From Thermodesulfobacteriota bacterium (GTDB lineage: Bacteria > Desulfobacterota > WTBG01 > JAGOGO01), in the NCBI GenBank assembly GCA_026625185.1, contig CP113000.1:1365622-1397621 (forward strand): 32,000 bases of DNA, in the 5' to 3' direction. The notes below the pieces were generated by a model. It was not told the origin of the DNA. It saw only the letters and a program-made list of their open reading frames with translations, and did not search any database. This document shows positions 1-8,650 of the stretch, piece after piece (the first letter of the stretch is position 1; each line of letters starts with the position of its first letter). The position numbers and the translations under genes are program-made.

Positions 1-833
1 GCAAGACGAATCTATTTCTTTTGGCAGTGGAAAAATTTTTTACCTTTTGTTTTATAAAATTTAAAATTATCTCACTTTCCTTCGGACAAATCGTAATGAT
101 TATACCATTAGTCAATATGATCCCGATAGGAACGGTAAAATACAAAACATCAAGATTCGTTTCATCAAAAAAAGGAGTTTTTAAAATGATAAGAGTAATG
201 TCGTTTTCAATTTCCGTTCTTGATATTTCGTCCATATCGAGAGAGGCGGTCAAAAAGTCATAGGGAATATTAAAACGGTGGGTAAGAAAATCCAATTCTT
301 CTTTTCCCGGGTTCGTTAGATTAATCCAGCAATCATTTTCGACTTTGTTAATTTTTTCCAGTTTGTTATCTATGGTTTTGTAAATTTCAATTTTTAATGA
401 ATCTTTGTAAATAAATTCTGAAGGTGTTTTAAACTCAGCAACCGCCTCAATCTGGGCCGCTAATTTAGTAAAATCTTCTCTCTGAGTTTCCTGCAAAATG
501 GTTTTTATTTTAATTTTGATTTCGTTGGGTAACTCCTGGAGAAAAGTAAATCTTTCTTCCGGGAGCATATAAGAAATAATTTCAAGGAGTTCATCTTCCT
601 TAAATAACTCAATCAAAAGAAGCTTTGTATCGTCATCAAGACAAAAGAAGATAGAAGAACGAATCTCCTGGGGCAGGTTTAATAAAATATCATTTATTTC
701 TTGAGGATAAAGAGCACCCAAAAAGTCCGCAACAATTGAAGGGGCGGTGGAAATACAAAAATCCTGAAGCTCGTCAATCTGGTTCGAGAGGAGCATTTCT
801 CTGATTTCTGGTACAAGCAATGGGTTTTTCATG
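1..833 (-). CDS. corA: CorA-like Mg2+/Co2+ transporter with an N-terminal MgtE_N-like domain (5' end complete; 3' end runs off the window start)
   Basis: Absent from the ORF track because there is no stop in the window. My manual minus-strand translation from ATG 833-831 stays open to position 1. It begins MKNPLLVPEIREMLLSNQIDELQDFCISTAPSIVADFLGALYPQEINDILLNLPQEIRSSIFF..., which looks like MgtE N-domain helical repeats. It continues ...NDCWINLTNPGKEELDFLTHRFNIPYDFLTASLDMDEISRTE...TVPIGIIL..., a CorA cytoplasmic-domain style block. GAGGG lies 7 nt upstream of the ATG. The antisense track ORF 21..263 is judged spurious. Confidence 0.75.
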
Positions 834-1002
834 ATGTGCCCTCAGTTAATAAAAAAGTCTAATTTATTAATTCTATAATAGTTTGAAAATTTTTTCCATA
901 ATCTTCTTCATTTTTTCTTAAATCTATTTCAGAGATTAAAAAATAATCCCCATCAGCAAAAGCACCCAATTAAAGCAATATGTCATCCGGAAAAAATTTA
1001 TT

Positions 1003-1037
1003 GAAAAAAAACGGCTGGTAAAAATTTACCAGCCGTT
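1003..1037 (-). terminator. Rho-independent terminator (perfect 11-bp stem followed by T8 on the minus strand)
   Basis: AACGGCTGGTA (1010-1020) pairs with TACCAGCCGTT (1027-1037) around a 6-nt loop. On the minus strand the hairpin is followed by eight U (1010-1003). Confidence 0.7.
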
Positions 1038-1115
1038 ATGAGGAGGATAGAGGAGGAGAAAAGTTGAAATTAAAATTCTTAAAAGGTTAATCAGCTTAGT
1101 TAACAAATCTTTTCT
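1003..1115 (-). ncRNA. Candidate ~110-nt sRNA, or attenuating leader of the corA-like gene, with a CU-rich anti-Shine-Dalgarno-like tract
   Basis: Bounded by the sigma-54-like promoter (1125-1141) and the terminator (1003-1037). The predicted RNA contains a GUUAA...UUAAC hairpin, then the single-stranded tract CUUUUCUCCUCCUCUAUCCUCCUCA, then the terminator. I saw no credible ORF in it. Confidence 0.35.
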
Positions 1116-1124
1116 TTAAAGTTA

Positions 1125-1141
1125 AGCGATAATCGTGCCAA
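1125..1141 (-). promoter_or_regulatory. Sigma-54 (-24/-12) promoter candidate
   Basis: The minus strand reads TTGGCACGATTATCGCTT. Against TGGCAC-N5-TTGC it has TGGCAC exact, correct spacing, and TCGC for TTGC with the GC dinucleotide retained. Confidence 0.5.
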
Positions 1142-1270
1142 TATTTTTTAAAAAATTATATTGTTTTTATTAATTTTTTCGGCAAAATAAAAACTAAAAA
1201 AAACTATATTGTATTAAATATGCGACGTTATTTATAATTATTTGAAAATTAACCAAAAATAATTAATACC

Positions 1271-1295
1271 AATATTGCGACTCGGTAGCAATATT
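1271..1295. promoter_or_regulatory. Palindrome AATATTGC-N9-GCAATATT, a possible enhancer (bEBP) site for the sigma-54 promoter at 1125-1141
   Basis: Perfect 8-bp arms lie about 130-155 bp upstream (minus-strand sense) of the -24 box. The AT-rich spacer between them contains TTTCAAATAATTA, a partial IHF-like core. Confidence 0.3.
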
Positions 1296-1320
1296 AAAAC
1301 ATTAAGGATAGTATAAAAAG

Positions 1321-1362
1321 GAAGAAACAAAAGAAAGGAGGGCTAATCACCCGGATTAGCCC
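1321..1362 (-). terminator. Rho-independent terminator of the ihfB-like gene
   Basis: GGGCTAATC (1340-1348) pairs with GATTAGCCC (1354-1362). On the minus strand it is followed by the T-rich run TCCTTTCTTTTGTTTCTTC. It sits 19 nt after the stop codon. Confidence 0.6.
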
Positions 1363-1380
1363 AGCAATGAGATGGTTTTA

Positions 1381-1656
1381 TTATTTATTCAGTCTAATTC
1401 TCAGCTCTTTTCCTACCCTGAAAAAAGGAAGTTTTTTGGAAATCACCCCAACTTTTTCACCAGTTCGAGGGTTGCGGCCGGTATATCCTTTATAACTCCT
1501 CACCCTGAAACTTCCAAACCCCCTTATTTCAATTGATTTTCCTTCTTTAAGTTCCTGGAGCATGCTCGAAAAAATTAGGTTTACCACCGTTTCCGCTAAG
1601 GTTTTACTGATATTGCCTTTTTCCGATAATTTTTGAATCAATTCTGACTTAACCAT
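1381..1656 (-). CDS. ihfB: HU/IHF-family DNA-binding protein, IHF beta-like
   Basis: 91 aa: MVKSELIQKLS...IEIRGFGSFRVRSYKGYTGRNPRTGEKVGVISKKLPFFRVGKELRIRLN. This matches the IHF-beta signature blocks (MTKSELIE, IEIRGFGSF, GRNPKTG, P.FK.GKELR). Confidence 0.85.
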   Translation of the reverse strand: MVKSELIQKLSEKGNISKTLAETVVNLIFSSMLQELKEGKSIEIRGFGSFRVRSYKGYTGRNPRTGEKVGVISKKLPFFRVGKELRIRLNK

Positions 1657-2010
1657 AATTTTGTTCTCCCTTGTTTATTTTACCTCATTGATTGGGGCAT
1701 CCAAATACCCGCAGGCTGCCATTAAAACTTTTTTAATATAACTAAAATATTAGCCGGGTTCAAGACTGATTTCAATTTTTTTTCTTAAAAAATAACCCGT
1801 CTCTATTCCTTTTCTCTTTTCCTTAACAATAAAAATTACTTACCCATTGATATAATTTAATTTTTTTAGTATTGTAAAATAAATATCAAGAGACAAAAAA
1901 TAATAAAGGTTTGAAATTATTTTGTAGACTTGTTAGGCTATCCATAAAAAAATTGAACCATTATGATTTTCTTGATAACGCTTAATGAAATTGCATGTTG
2001 GTAATCTACA

Positions 2011-3333
2011 TTGTGCTTTAAACCATACAAAGACACTATTGATTTTCTCTTCGGTTTACAAAGATTTGGGATAAAACTTGGTTTGGAAAATATGGTCCGG
2101 ATGCTTAAGGCTTTCGGGAATCCCCATCAAAACCTGAAAGCTATCCACATTGCAGGTACTAATGGCAAGGGGTCGGTGGCAGCATTTGCGGCCAAAATTT
2201 TTCAAAAAGCGGGGTATCGGGTTGGACTATATACCTCACCACATCTGTCGGATTTTTCAGAACGGATCAGGATACAGGGAGAACCAATTTCGTATGACGA
2301 GGTCATAAATTTAACCCGCTTAATAAGAACAAAACAATATGAGGTTGAGAAGGAGGACGGCACTAAGGGTGACCCAACGTCGGTTACCTGTATGACTTTT
2401 TTTGAGTTCACTACTCTCTTGGCATTTTTCTATTTTCTTAAAAGAAAAGTTGACTTGGCTGTGGTTGAAGTCGGGATGGGGGGCAGGTTAGATGCCACGA
2501 ATGTTCTAAACCCGTTAGTTTCTGTAATTACCAATATCTCTAAAGAGCATCAGCAGTATCTGGGAAAAACCCTGGTAGAAATTGCCGGAGAAAAAGCTGG
2601 TATTATAAAAAAAAATGGGGTCCTGCTTACCGCAATCACACAACCTCAAATTTTTGCTAAAATTCGCTCCCAATGTCAACAAATGGGGAGTATAGTATAT
2701 CGACTGGGGAAGCATTTTAGCGTTCAGGGAAAAAACGGGGGAACGTTTGATTATCAGGGACTTTTTACCAGCTATAAAAAACTTGAGATTAATGCCCTTG
2801 GCAAATACCAAACTCACAATGCAGCGTTAGCAATAGGAGTAACCGAAATCTTAAAAAACCAGGGGTATCAACTAACGGAAAACGCAATCAGGGAAGGATT
2901 GTTGAAGATGAAATGGCCCGGCCGTATGGAGATAGTTAATCAAAATCCAAAAATCTTATTAGATGGCGCTCACAACTTAGCCGCAATAGAAAAGCTCACG
3001 AGAGAGCTTAAGAAAACTTTTTCCAATCGAAAGCTTTTCTTAGTCATGGGGATCATGAAAGATAAATCAATAAAACCAATCCTTAAACGGATCGTTGCTT
3101 TAGGACACCATATTATCTTCACCCAACCCAAGACCGATCGAGCTGCCTCTCCGTTTTTTCTTCTCAAAGCCTCACGGTTTTTAAATGATAGAGGAGAGGT
3201 TGTTGAGGATGTTAAACAGGCAGTACAAAAAGCGCTATCCTTGGCAAACAAAGATGATTTGATCTGTGTTACCGGCTCGTTATATACCATAGGAGAAGCT
3301 CGTGAGCTTTTTTTTTCAAAGGTTGAGATTTAA
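2011..3333 (+). CDS. folC: Bifunctional folylpolyglutamate synthase / dihydrofolate synthase
   Basis: 440 aa with the P-loop HIAGTNGKGS and Mur-ligase family blocks (VVEVGMGGRLDATN, LDGAHN). TTG start at 2011. The stop abuts the lptD start. Confidence 0.9.
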   Translation: MCFKPYKDTIDFLFGLQRFGIKLGLENMVRMLKAFGNPHQNLKAIHIAGTNGKGSVAAFAAKIFQKAGYRVGLYTSPHLSDFSERIRIQGEPISYDEVINLTRLIRTKQYEVEKEDGTKGDPTSVTCMTFFEFTTLLAFFYFLKRKVDLAVVEVGMGGRLDATNVLNPLVSVITNISKEHQQYLGKTLVEIAGEKAGIIKKNGVLLTAITQPQIFAKIRSQCQQMGSIVYRLGKHFSVQGKNGGTFDYQGLFTSYKKLEINALGKYQTHNAALAIGVTEILKNQGYQLTENAIREGLLKMKWPGRMEIVNQNPKILLDGAHNLAAIEKLTRELKKTFSNRKLFLVMGIMKDKSIKPILKRIVALGHHIIFTQPKTDRAASPFFLLKASRFLNDRGEVVEDVKQAVQKALSLANKDDLICVTGSLYTIGEARELFFSKVEI

Positions 3334-3334
3334 T

Positions 3335-5662
3335 ATGAAAAAAGTTTTACTTTATACTGGATTGTTATTATTTTTTCTCATAATGATCGCCGAAGCGGAA
3401 GAATATCGCTCACCGTATGCGCAGCCGCGTAAAAAGGGACCCACCAAAGTTCGGCCACGTTCCAAATTTGAGCCTGGGAAAACACCTGTCCACCTGGTCG
3501 CTGATACAATGAACTATAATAATGAGACCGGAATTTATACCGCGCGAGGAAATGTGGTAATTAAGCAGCTTGAGCAGACCTTAAAGGCGGATTATGTTGA
3601 ATATAACTATAATACCCAGGTAGCCCGGGCTAATGGTCATGTGGTTTATAGAGAAGAAGGAGGGGACAACCTGGTGTGTAATTATCTCGAAATAAACATG
3701 GGGACTAAGGAAGGCTTTGTCAAAGAAGGAAAGCTTTTTTACCAGCAAAACAACCTGTATCTTAACGGCAAGAATCTCGAAAAGCTCGGAGAGAACCAAT
3801 ATCGAGTCACAGACGGTGAAATCACTACCTGCGATGGTAAAAATCCTCCTTGGAAATTTACCTGTAAAAAGGTCGACGTTACCATGGAAGGACTGGCTAA
3901 GGCAAAAGGAGCCAAGTTCAAAATCAAGAATATTCCGGTCGCCTATTTCCCCTATCTCGTCTATCCGGCAAAAATAAAAAGGCAGAGCGGGTTTCTAACG
4001 CCATCCTTCGGTACTTCAAGCTCTGAAGGAGTAAAATTTGACAACGCGTATTTCTGGGCAATCTCTCCCAATACTGATGCCACATTCAACTTAGATTTAG
4101 CAACTAAAAAAGGGGTAGGGTTTGGGGGGGAATATCGCTACATTACCAGTGAAACCAGCAGAGGGCGTTTCTATGGATATTTCATTGAAGAACAGGATAA
4201 CTATCGAAAAGAAAAATATTCTCATCTTTTAGATAGGGAAAAAGATCGGTGGAATATTATCTATGAGGGGAAAAAAGATTTTGATCCGACATTTTTTGCT
4301 CGAGCAAAATTAGATCTGGTAAGCGACCGGCAGTTTTATCATGATTACGGAAACCAAACATACCTCCGTTCGTCAGAAAGGACTCAATCTTCAGCTTCTC
4401 TTACCAAACATTGGGAAAATTTCAGTTTAACAGGGGATACCGAATTTAACTATGACCTTTTAGAACATAATGATGCTTATGACCCTTTAAACGGCAAGGA
4501 CAATGATCTCACCCTTCAGCGTTATCCACAAATCATGTTGGCGGGTATCCCGATTATGGTTCCGCAAACCCCGTTATATTTTTCCTTGGATTCTGATTTT
4601 TCCCATTTTTATCGAAAAAAAGGGCAAGAATTTCATGAGGAGTCGGGGATAATGTACCCAATGCTCACCAAACGGGGAAACCGATTTGACGTTGATCCCC
4701 GCATCATGTTGCCTCTTAGGGTGATGAAAAATTTCGTTTTCCAGACCGAGGCTGGATTTCTACAAACCTCATATTTCAATACCAGTGATGATAAAGGGCT
4801 GGATGATAACCGGGGTTTATTCCATATTGCCTCCACCTTCTCAACTAAGTTCATGAAAATTTACGATCAAGGGGCCGGAAATAAAATCCGACACACCATT
4901 GAACCGGAGTTAATTTACACGTTTATTCCGGACCGAAACCAAAATGACTTACCTCAATTTGATGAGTTTGACCAAATCGAAGATGAGAACCGGGTTGCTT
5001 TGGCACTCACTAACCGTCTGGTGAGTAAAGTTAATTCTACGGGCGGTATTAGTTCAATAAAAGAAATTTTGTTTCTCCGTATGGGCCAGTATTACGACAC
5101 AACCACTTCGGATGACCCTTTTTCTGATTTTTTCTTGCAATTAAGAAGCCAGCCGCTCTCGTGGATGCGTTTAAAATCTAATCTTGCCTACGATGTTTAC
5201 GATATGGAATTCGACACGATGAATGGTTTGATCAATTTCGAAGACCAGAGAAAAGATTATCTTGAGCTTGAATACCGCTATACAAAAGATGAAGATGCCG
5301 AATTTAATGCTTTACAACGCAACTATTTAGCGGGCATCGAACTTTTAAGAGGCGGGATGGGTAAAATCGATACGCTGGCCGGCACTCAATTTTTCACTAA
5401 CGGCATTGAGGAATTTGATTCCCGGGTGGGTCTGGTGCTCACACAAACTACCAAACTGTTCTTTCATAACCGTCTTAACCTCAATGCAAATAAAACCCTT
5501 GAGAACCTTTTCGGGATTGATTATCACCAGCAATGCTGGGGCACGATCCTTTCTTACCGCAGGCTCGCCAAGACCGAGGGAAAAGATAAAGAATCAAAAA
5601 TTATGTTTGACTTTTATCTCAAGGGGATTGGAAAAGTGGGTGGCTTTGGAGCTGGTAACTAA
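3335..5662 (+). CDS. lptD: LPS-assembly outer-membrane protein LptD (OstA)
   Basis: The track ORF begins at 3302, but ATG 3335 gives a clean signal peptide (MKKVLLYTGLLLFFLIMIAEA). An OstA_N-like N-terminal region (LVADTMNYNNETGIYTARGNVVI...) is followed by a large aromatic-rich beta-barrel-like C-terminal part of about 775 aa. Confidence 0.85.
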   Translation: MKKVLLYTGLLLFFLIMIAEAEEYRSPYAQPRKKGPTKVRPRSKFEPGKTPVHLVADTMNYNNETGIYTARGNVVIKQLEQTLKADYVEYNYNTQVARANGHVVYREEGGDNLVCNYLEINMGTKEGFVKEGKLFYQQNNLYLNGKNLEKLGENQYRVTDGEITTCDGKNPPWKFTCKKVDVTMEGLAKAKGAKFKIKNIPVAYFPYLVYPAKIKRQSGFLTPSFGTSSSEGVKFDNAYFWAISPNTDATFNLDLATKKGVGFGGEYRYITSETSRGRFYGYFIEEQDNYRKEKYSHLLDREKDRWNIIYEGKKDFDPTFFARAKLDLVSDRQFYHDYGNQTYLRSSERTQSSASLTKHWENFSLTGDTEFNYDLLEHNDAYDPLNGKDNDLTLQRYPQIMLAGIPIMVPQTPLYFSLDSDFSHFYRKKGQEFHEESGIMYPMLTKRGNRFDVDPRIMLPLRVMKNFVFQTEAGFLQTSYFNTSDDKGLDDNRGLFHIASTFSTKFMKIYDQGAGNKIRHTIEPELIYTFIPDRNQNDLPQFDEFDQIEDENRVALALTNRLVSKVNSTGGISSIKEILFLRMGQYYDTTTSDDPFSDFFLQLRSQPLSWMRLKSNLAYDVYDMEFDTMNGLINFEDQRKDYLELEYRYTKDEDAEFNALQRNYLAGIELLRGGMGKIDTLAGTQFFTNGIEEFDSRVGLVLTQTTKLFFHNRLNLNANKTLENLFGIDYHQQCWGTILSYRRLAKTEGKDKESKIMFDFYLKGIGKVGGFGAGN

Positions 5663-5687
5663 AGGAAAAGCTTTTATATATAACGGC

Positions 5688-6794
5688 ATGAAAAGCAAAG
5701 TCTATTTTTCTGACTTAAAGGCAACAACCAAAAGAAACCTTTTTAAAAAGCTGGAAGAGCTGTTAGAAAAGGTGAAAATCAAGTCCCGGATAAAACCCCA
5801 TCGGCCCGTGGCAATTAAGCTTCATTTTGGGGAACGGGGCAATACCGCGTTTATCCGACCCATTTTTCTGCGTGTTATCGTTGATAAAGTCAAAGAGTAT
5901 AAGGGGCTTCCTTTTCTTACCGATACTACTACTCTATATAAAGGTTCGCGAAGTGAAGCTGTAACTCATCTTACCACCGCTATTTTAAACGGCTTTGATT
6001 ATTCTGTGGTGGGAGCGCCTTTGATTATTGCCGATGGTATTTATGGAAATACGTTCGTTCGAGTTAAGATTAATCAGCGGATTTATAAGGAAGTAAGCAT
6101 TGCTGCCGAAATTGATCACGCAGATTCACTCATAAGCGTAGCGCATTATAAATGCCATGAGCTTTCCGGTTTCGGGGGAACGTTAAAAAACATCGGCATG
6201 GGTTGCGCGGCCAAAGATGGCAAACTCAGTCAGCATTCCAACCTTTCTCCCAAGGTCAATTCTGAACTCTGTATCGGCTGCGGGGATTGCGTGGCGTGGT
6301 GTCCCGGAGCGGCCATATCTCTCAAAAATAAAAAAGCGGTTTTTAATTCTGAAAAGTGCATTGGCTGCGGGGAGTGCCCTACCATCTGTCAGCGGGGGGC
6401 GATCGATCTCCAGTGGGATGAAAATATGGCGGACTTCCAGAAAAAAATGGTTGAATACACCTACGGGGTTTTAAAGGAAAAAAGGGAGAAAACGATTTTC
6501 ATTAACTTTATTACGCAGGTTAGTCCCGAATGTGACTGCTATCCCTTTGCTGATGTACCGATTGTAGCGGATATCGGCATTTTGGCTTCGACCGACCCGG
6601 TAGCGATTGACCAGGCCTCAACCGACCTGGTCAACCAACAACCAGGGAATTCTCTTTCAAAACTGAAGTCTGGCCTTGAGCCAGGCGGAGACAAATTGAG
6701 AGGCCTGTTTCCCGAGGTTGACTGGACCATTCAGCTTCAGTACGCGCAGAAACTTGGACTGGGCCAAAGAGATTATGAGTTGATTAAAATTTAA
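5688..6794 (+). CDS. DUF362-family protein with an internal 2x[4Fe-4S] ferredoxin insert
   Basis: The track ORF 5406.. overlaps the lptD end. The in-frame ATG 5688 gives MKSKVYFSDLKATTKRNLFKKLEELL, a typical DUF362 N-terminus. Two CxxCxxCxxxC motifs are present (CIGCGDCVAWCP and CIGCGECPTIC), followed by a CDC motif. Confidence 0.85.
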   Translation: MKSKVYFSDLKATTKRNLFKKLEELLEKVKIKSRIKPHRPVAIKLHFGERGNTAFIRPIFLRVIVDKVKEYKGLPFLTDTTTLYKGSRSEAVTHLTTAILNGFDYSVVGAPLIIADGIYGNTFVRVKINQRIYKEVSIAAEIDHADSLISVAHYKCHELSGFGGTLKNIGMGCAAKDGKLSQHSNLSPKVNSELCIGCGDCVAWCPGAAISLKNKKAVFNSEKCIGCGECPTICQRGAIDLQWDENMADFQKKMVEYTYGVLKEKREKTIFINFITQVSPECDCYPFADVPIVADIGILASTDPVAIDQASTDLVNQQPGNSLSKLKSGLEPGGDKLRGLFPEVDWTIQLQYAQKLGLGQRDYELIKI

Positions 6795-6845
6795 ATGTTC
6801 TTTCAATCAAAGAGGATTGAGGGTCAATGCTTTTCGAAGAAAAAT

Positions 6846-6890
6846 AAGGCCATATTACCAGATCAAAAGGTAACGGGCCTTTTTTCTTTT
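6846..6890 (+). terminator. Rho-independent terminator after DUF362 gene 1
   Basis: AAGGCC...TTACC (6846-6859) pairs with GGTAA..GGCCTT (6869-6881), followed by TTTTTCTTTT. Confidence 0.6.
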
Positions 6891-6921
6891 GAGCGTTAAT
6901 TTTAGCTAGCCATCAAGAAAT

Positions 6922-7404
6922 ATGAACGAGACTATTCAAGACATTATAACTAGGCTTTTGAGATATCAAAGAACACCCGACAAAACAACTTCTAATTTTA
7001 AACGATGGAAACACAATAATGATATTCTTCCGATACTTCAACGGCAGTTAGAGATGATACTTTCTAGCTATGGAAAGTTTCAACCAGTTGTATATGACAC
7101 ACAAGGAATTCTTGATGACGGGTCCGATTTAATATTGCGTCATCGAGAAGTTTCTTTGGTGGAAAAAGAGTTTGCGATAATTTCATTCCAAGCAAAATCA
7201 TACGATGATTTGTGTAAAAAAACCTATATGCAAGAACTAAAAGCCCAAAGAGACGATACGTTTCGCAAGGTGGTTGGGCTGAATTATTACTTTTTATTTC
7301 TATGTACAGATGCCATAGAACATAAAAATAAATTAAGAAATATTGCTGCTGAATTCCGCAGCAACGTAGCCCGGATGCAACGAAGTGGTATCCGGGAAAA
7401 TTAA
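6922..7404 (+). CDS. Hypothetical small protein, possible minimal PD-(D/E)XK (restriction-endonuclease-like) fold; C-terminus derived from a repeat
   Basis: 160 aa. DDGSDLILRH...FAIISFQAKSY fits a D...(E/Q)xK arrangement. There is no strong SD. The last ~15 codons and the stop lie inside the REP-like module 7360-7415. The antisense ORF 7064..7489 looks like junk. Confidence 0.5.
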   Translation: MNETIQDIITRLLRYQRTPDKTTSNFKRWKHNNDILPILQRQLEMILSSYGKFQPVVYDTQGILDDGSDLILRHREVSLVEKEFAIISFQAKSYDDLCKKTYMQELKAQRDDTFRKVVGLNYYFLFLCTDAIEHKNKLRNIAAEFRSNVARMQRSGIREN

Positions 7405-7415
7405 GCACCTGAACA
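7360..7415 (+). repeat. REP-like palindromic module, copy 1 (CCCGGAT...ATCCGGG hairpin)
   Basis: AGCAACGTAGCCCGGATGCAACGAAGTGGTATCCGGGAAAATTAAGCACCTGAACA aligns by eye over its full length with 8476-8531. It overlaps the 3' end of ORF 6922..7404. Confidence 0.6.
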
Positions 7416-7567
7416 ATCATAAGACGAGTGAAGAAGGGGTTGGAGAATAGGATCGTCTCGGATTTCTCCCGCCTGGTAGGGGGCTCCACCCGTGCTACGG
7501 AATCACGAACTATCTTGAAAAGAATATTATAATCATTGTTAGGTATAAATAAAAGGAGGAAACACTA

Positions 7568-8428
7568 ATGAATAATGGCATCCCGATTGCCCGCACGTTG
7601 CGTATCCGTGAGTGCGGGTTTGATGAATTCTGGCTTCAAGATCAAATTGCTGGAAATCCAGCTTGTTTGGGTCTTGGAGAACTGGAAATAATAACACGTG
7701 AGCGACAACAGTCAAGCGGTGGCCGTCTCGATATTTTAATGAAAGATCCTGAAGACGACTCGATGTATGAAGTAGAAGTTATGCTGGGAGAGACAGATGA
7801 AAAACATATAATACGGACAATAGAATACTGGGACAACGAAAAAAGAAAATGGCCACAACGTCAACATTTTGCAGTTTTAGTTGCTGAGACTATAACGCGC
7901 CGCTTTTTCAATGTTATTCAGGTGATCTCTCACGCAATTCCAATTATTGCAATCCAGTCAAACATTGTGGAAGCAAACGGGCAAAGAATGCTGACTTTCT
8001 CCAAAATTCTTGACACTTATGAAGAACCAGAGGAAGGTGGCGGCACAAATGAAGTTCATGATGAAAACTATTGGAGAGAAAAATCATCGTGGTCAATCGA
8101 TAACGCAAAAACGTTCTTTGAGATCGTTCAGCCGGTTTACGGAGATAATATATCTATCAACTACGTCAAAAATTATATTTCTATAGTCGTTAACGGAAAT
8201 AACTATTTTTGGTTTCACAAGCGTAGCGGGAATAAATCACTTCTGAACTTTTGGCTTTCTGAAACTCTTTTGCCGCAGGCAACAGCGCTACTTGATGAAA
8301 AAGGCATTTCGTACACGATACGTAAAAATCAAAGTGTCAGGATAAATACAGATAAGGCAACAATCTCAAACAATCGCGACATGTATCTGCAAATTGCAAA
8401 GCTTGTCAAACAGGCATGGGAAGAATAA
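7568..8428 (+). CDS. Conserved hypothetical protein with an N-terminal NucS/RecB-like (PD-(D/E)XK superfamily) domain and a C-terminal domain of unknown function
   Basis: 286 aa with a strong SD (AAAAGGAGGA). The block GRLDILMKD...YEVEVMLGETDEKHIIRTIEYWDNEKRKWPQRQHFAVLVAE...IPIIAIQ matches my memory of a widespread uncharacterised family with a nuclease-like core. Confidence 0.8.
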   Translation: MNNGIPIARTLRIRECGFDEFWLQDQIAGNPACLGLGELEIITRERQQSSGGRLDILMKDPEDDSMYEVEVMLGETDEKHIIRTIEYWDNEKRKWPQRQHFAVLVAETITRRFFNVIQVISHAIPIIAIQSNIVEANGQRMLTFSKILDTYEEPEEGGGTNEVHDENYWREKSSWSIDNAKTFFEIVQPVYGDNISINYVKNYISIVVNGNNYFWFHKRSGNKSLLNFWLSETLLPQATALLDEKGISYTIRKNQSVRINTDKATISNNRDMYLQIAKLVKQAWEE

Positions 8429-8475
8429 GTCTCGTAGGGTGCGCACGGCGCACCATCAAGAAAGTGGAAAGATCG

Positions 8476-8531
8476 AGCAACGTCGCCCGGAAACAACGAA
8501 GTGTAATCCGGGAGAATTAAACAACTAAACA
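8476..8531 (+). repeat. REP-like palindromic module, copy 2
   Basis: AGCAACGTCGCCCGGAAACAACGAAGTGTAATCCGGGAGAATTAAACAACTAAACA. It has the same order of blocks and the same hairpin as 7360-7415, and lies 48 nt after the stop of ORF 7568..8428. Confidence 0.6.
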
Positions 8532-8650
8532 CCTCTGAAGTTGAAGAGTAAACAACGCACTTCGTGACATTTCCCATAACGAGGGATTAATACATACGAA
8601 ATTGATTACAATCCTATTTGACAGAATGGACTGATTGATATTGTTCAATT

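Noticed and set aside
840-1120. An M-box (ykoK) Mg2+ riboswitch upstream of the corA-like gene.
   Set aside because: I could not recognise the conserved M-box core helices or sequence. The leader is too AT-rich and short between promoter and terminator. A cmsearch would be decisive.
3302-3334. N-terminal extensions proposed by the ORF track (lptD from 3302, DUF362 from 5406, rpsO from 18990, the propeller from 8780).
   Set aside because: The extensions overlap upstream genes or repeats and lack an SD. Internal starts give canonical N-termini (a signal peptide, the DUF362 MKSKVYF start, the S15 MPLAAEQ start) with good SD sequences.
7405-7544. Integron attC / gene-cassette idea. GTTAGGT (a GTTRRRY match) lies 22 nt before the ORF 7568 start, and an inverted repeat pairs ACCTGAACAATCAT (7407-7420) with ATCATTGTTAGGT (7532-7544).
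   Set aside because: GTTRRRY is expected dozens of times by chance in this window (another occurs at about 1930). The second spacer (8429-8890) has no matching RYYYAAC/GTTRRRY pair, and no intI is visible. A REP-like interpretation fits better. A formal attC covariance-model scan (IntegronFinder) would settle it.
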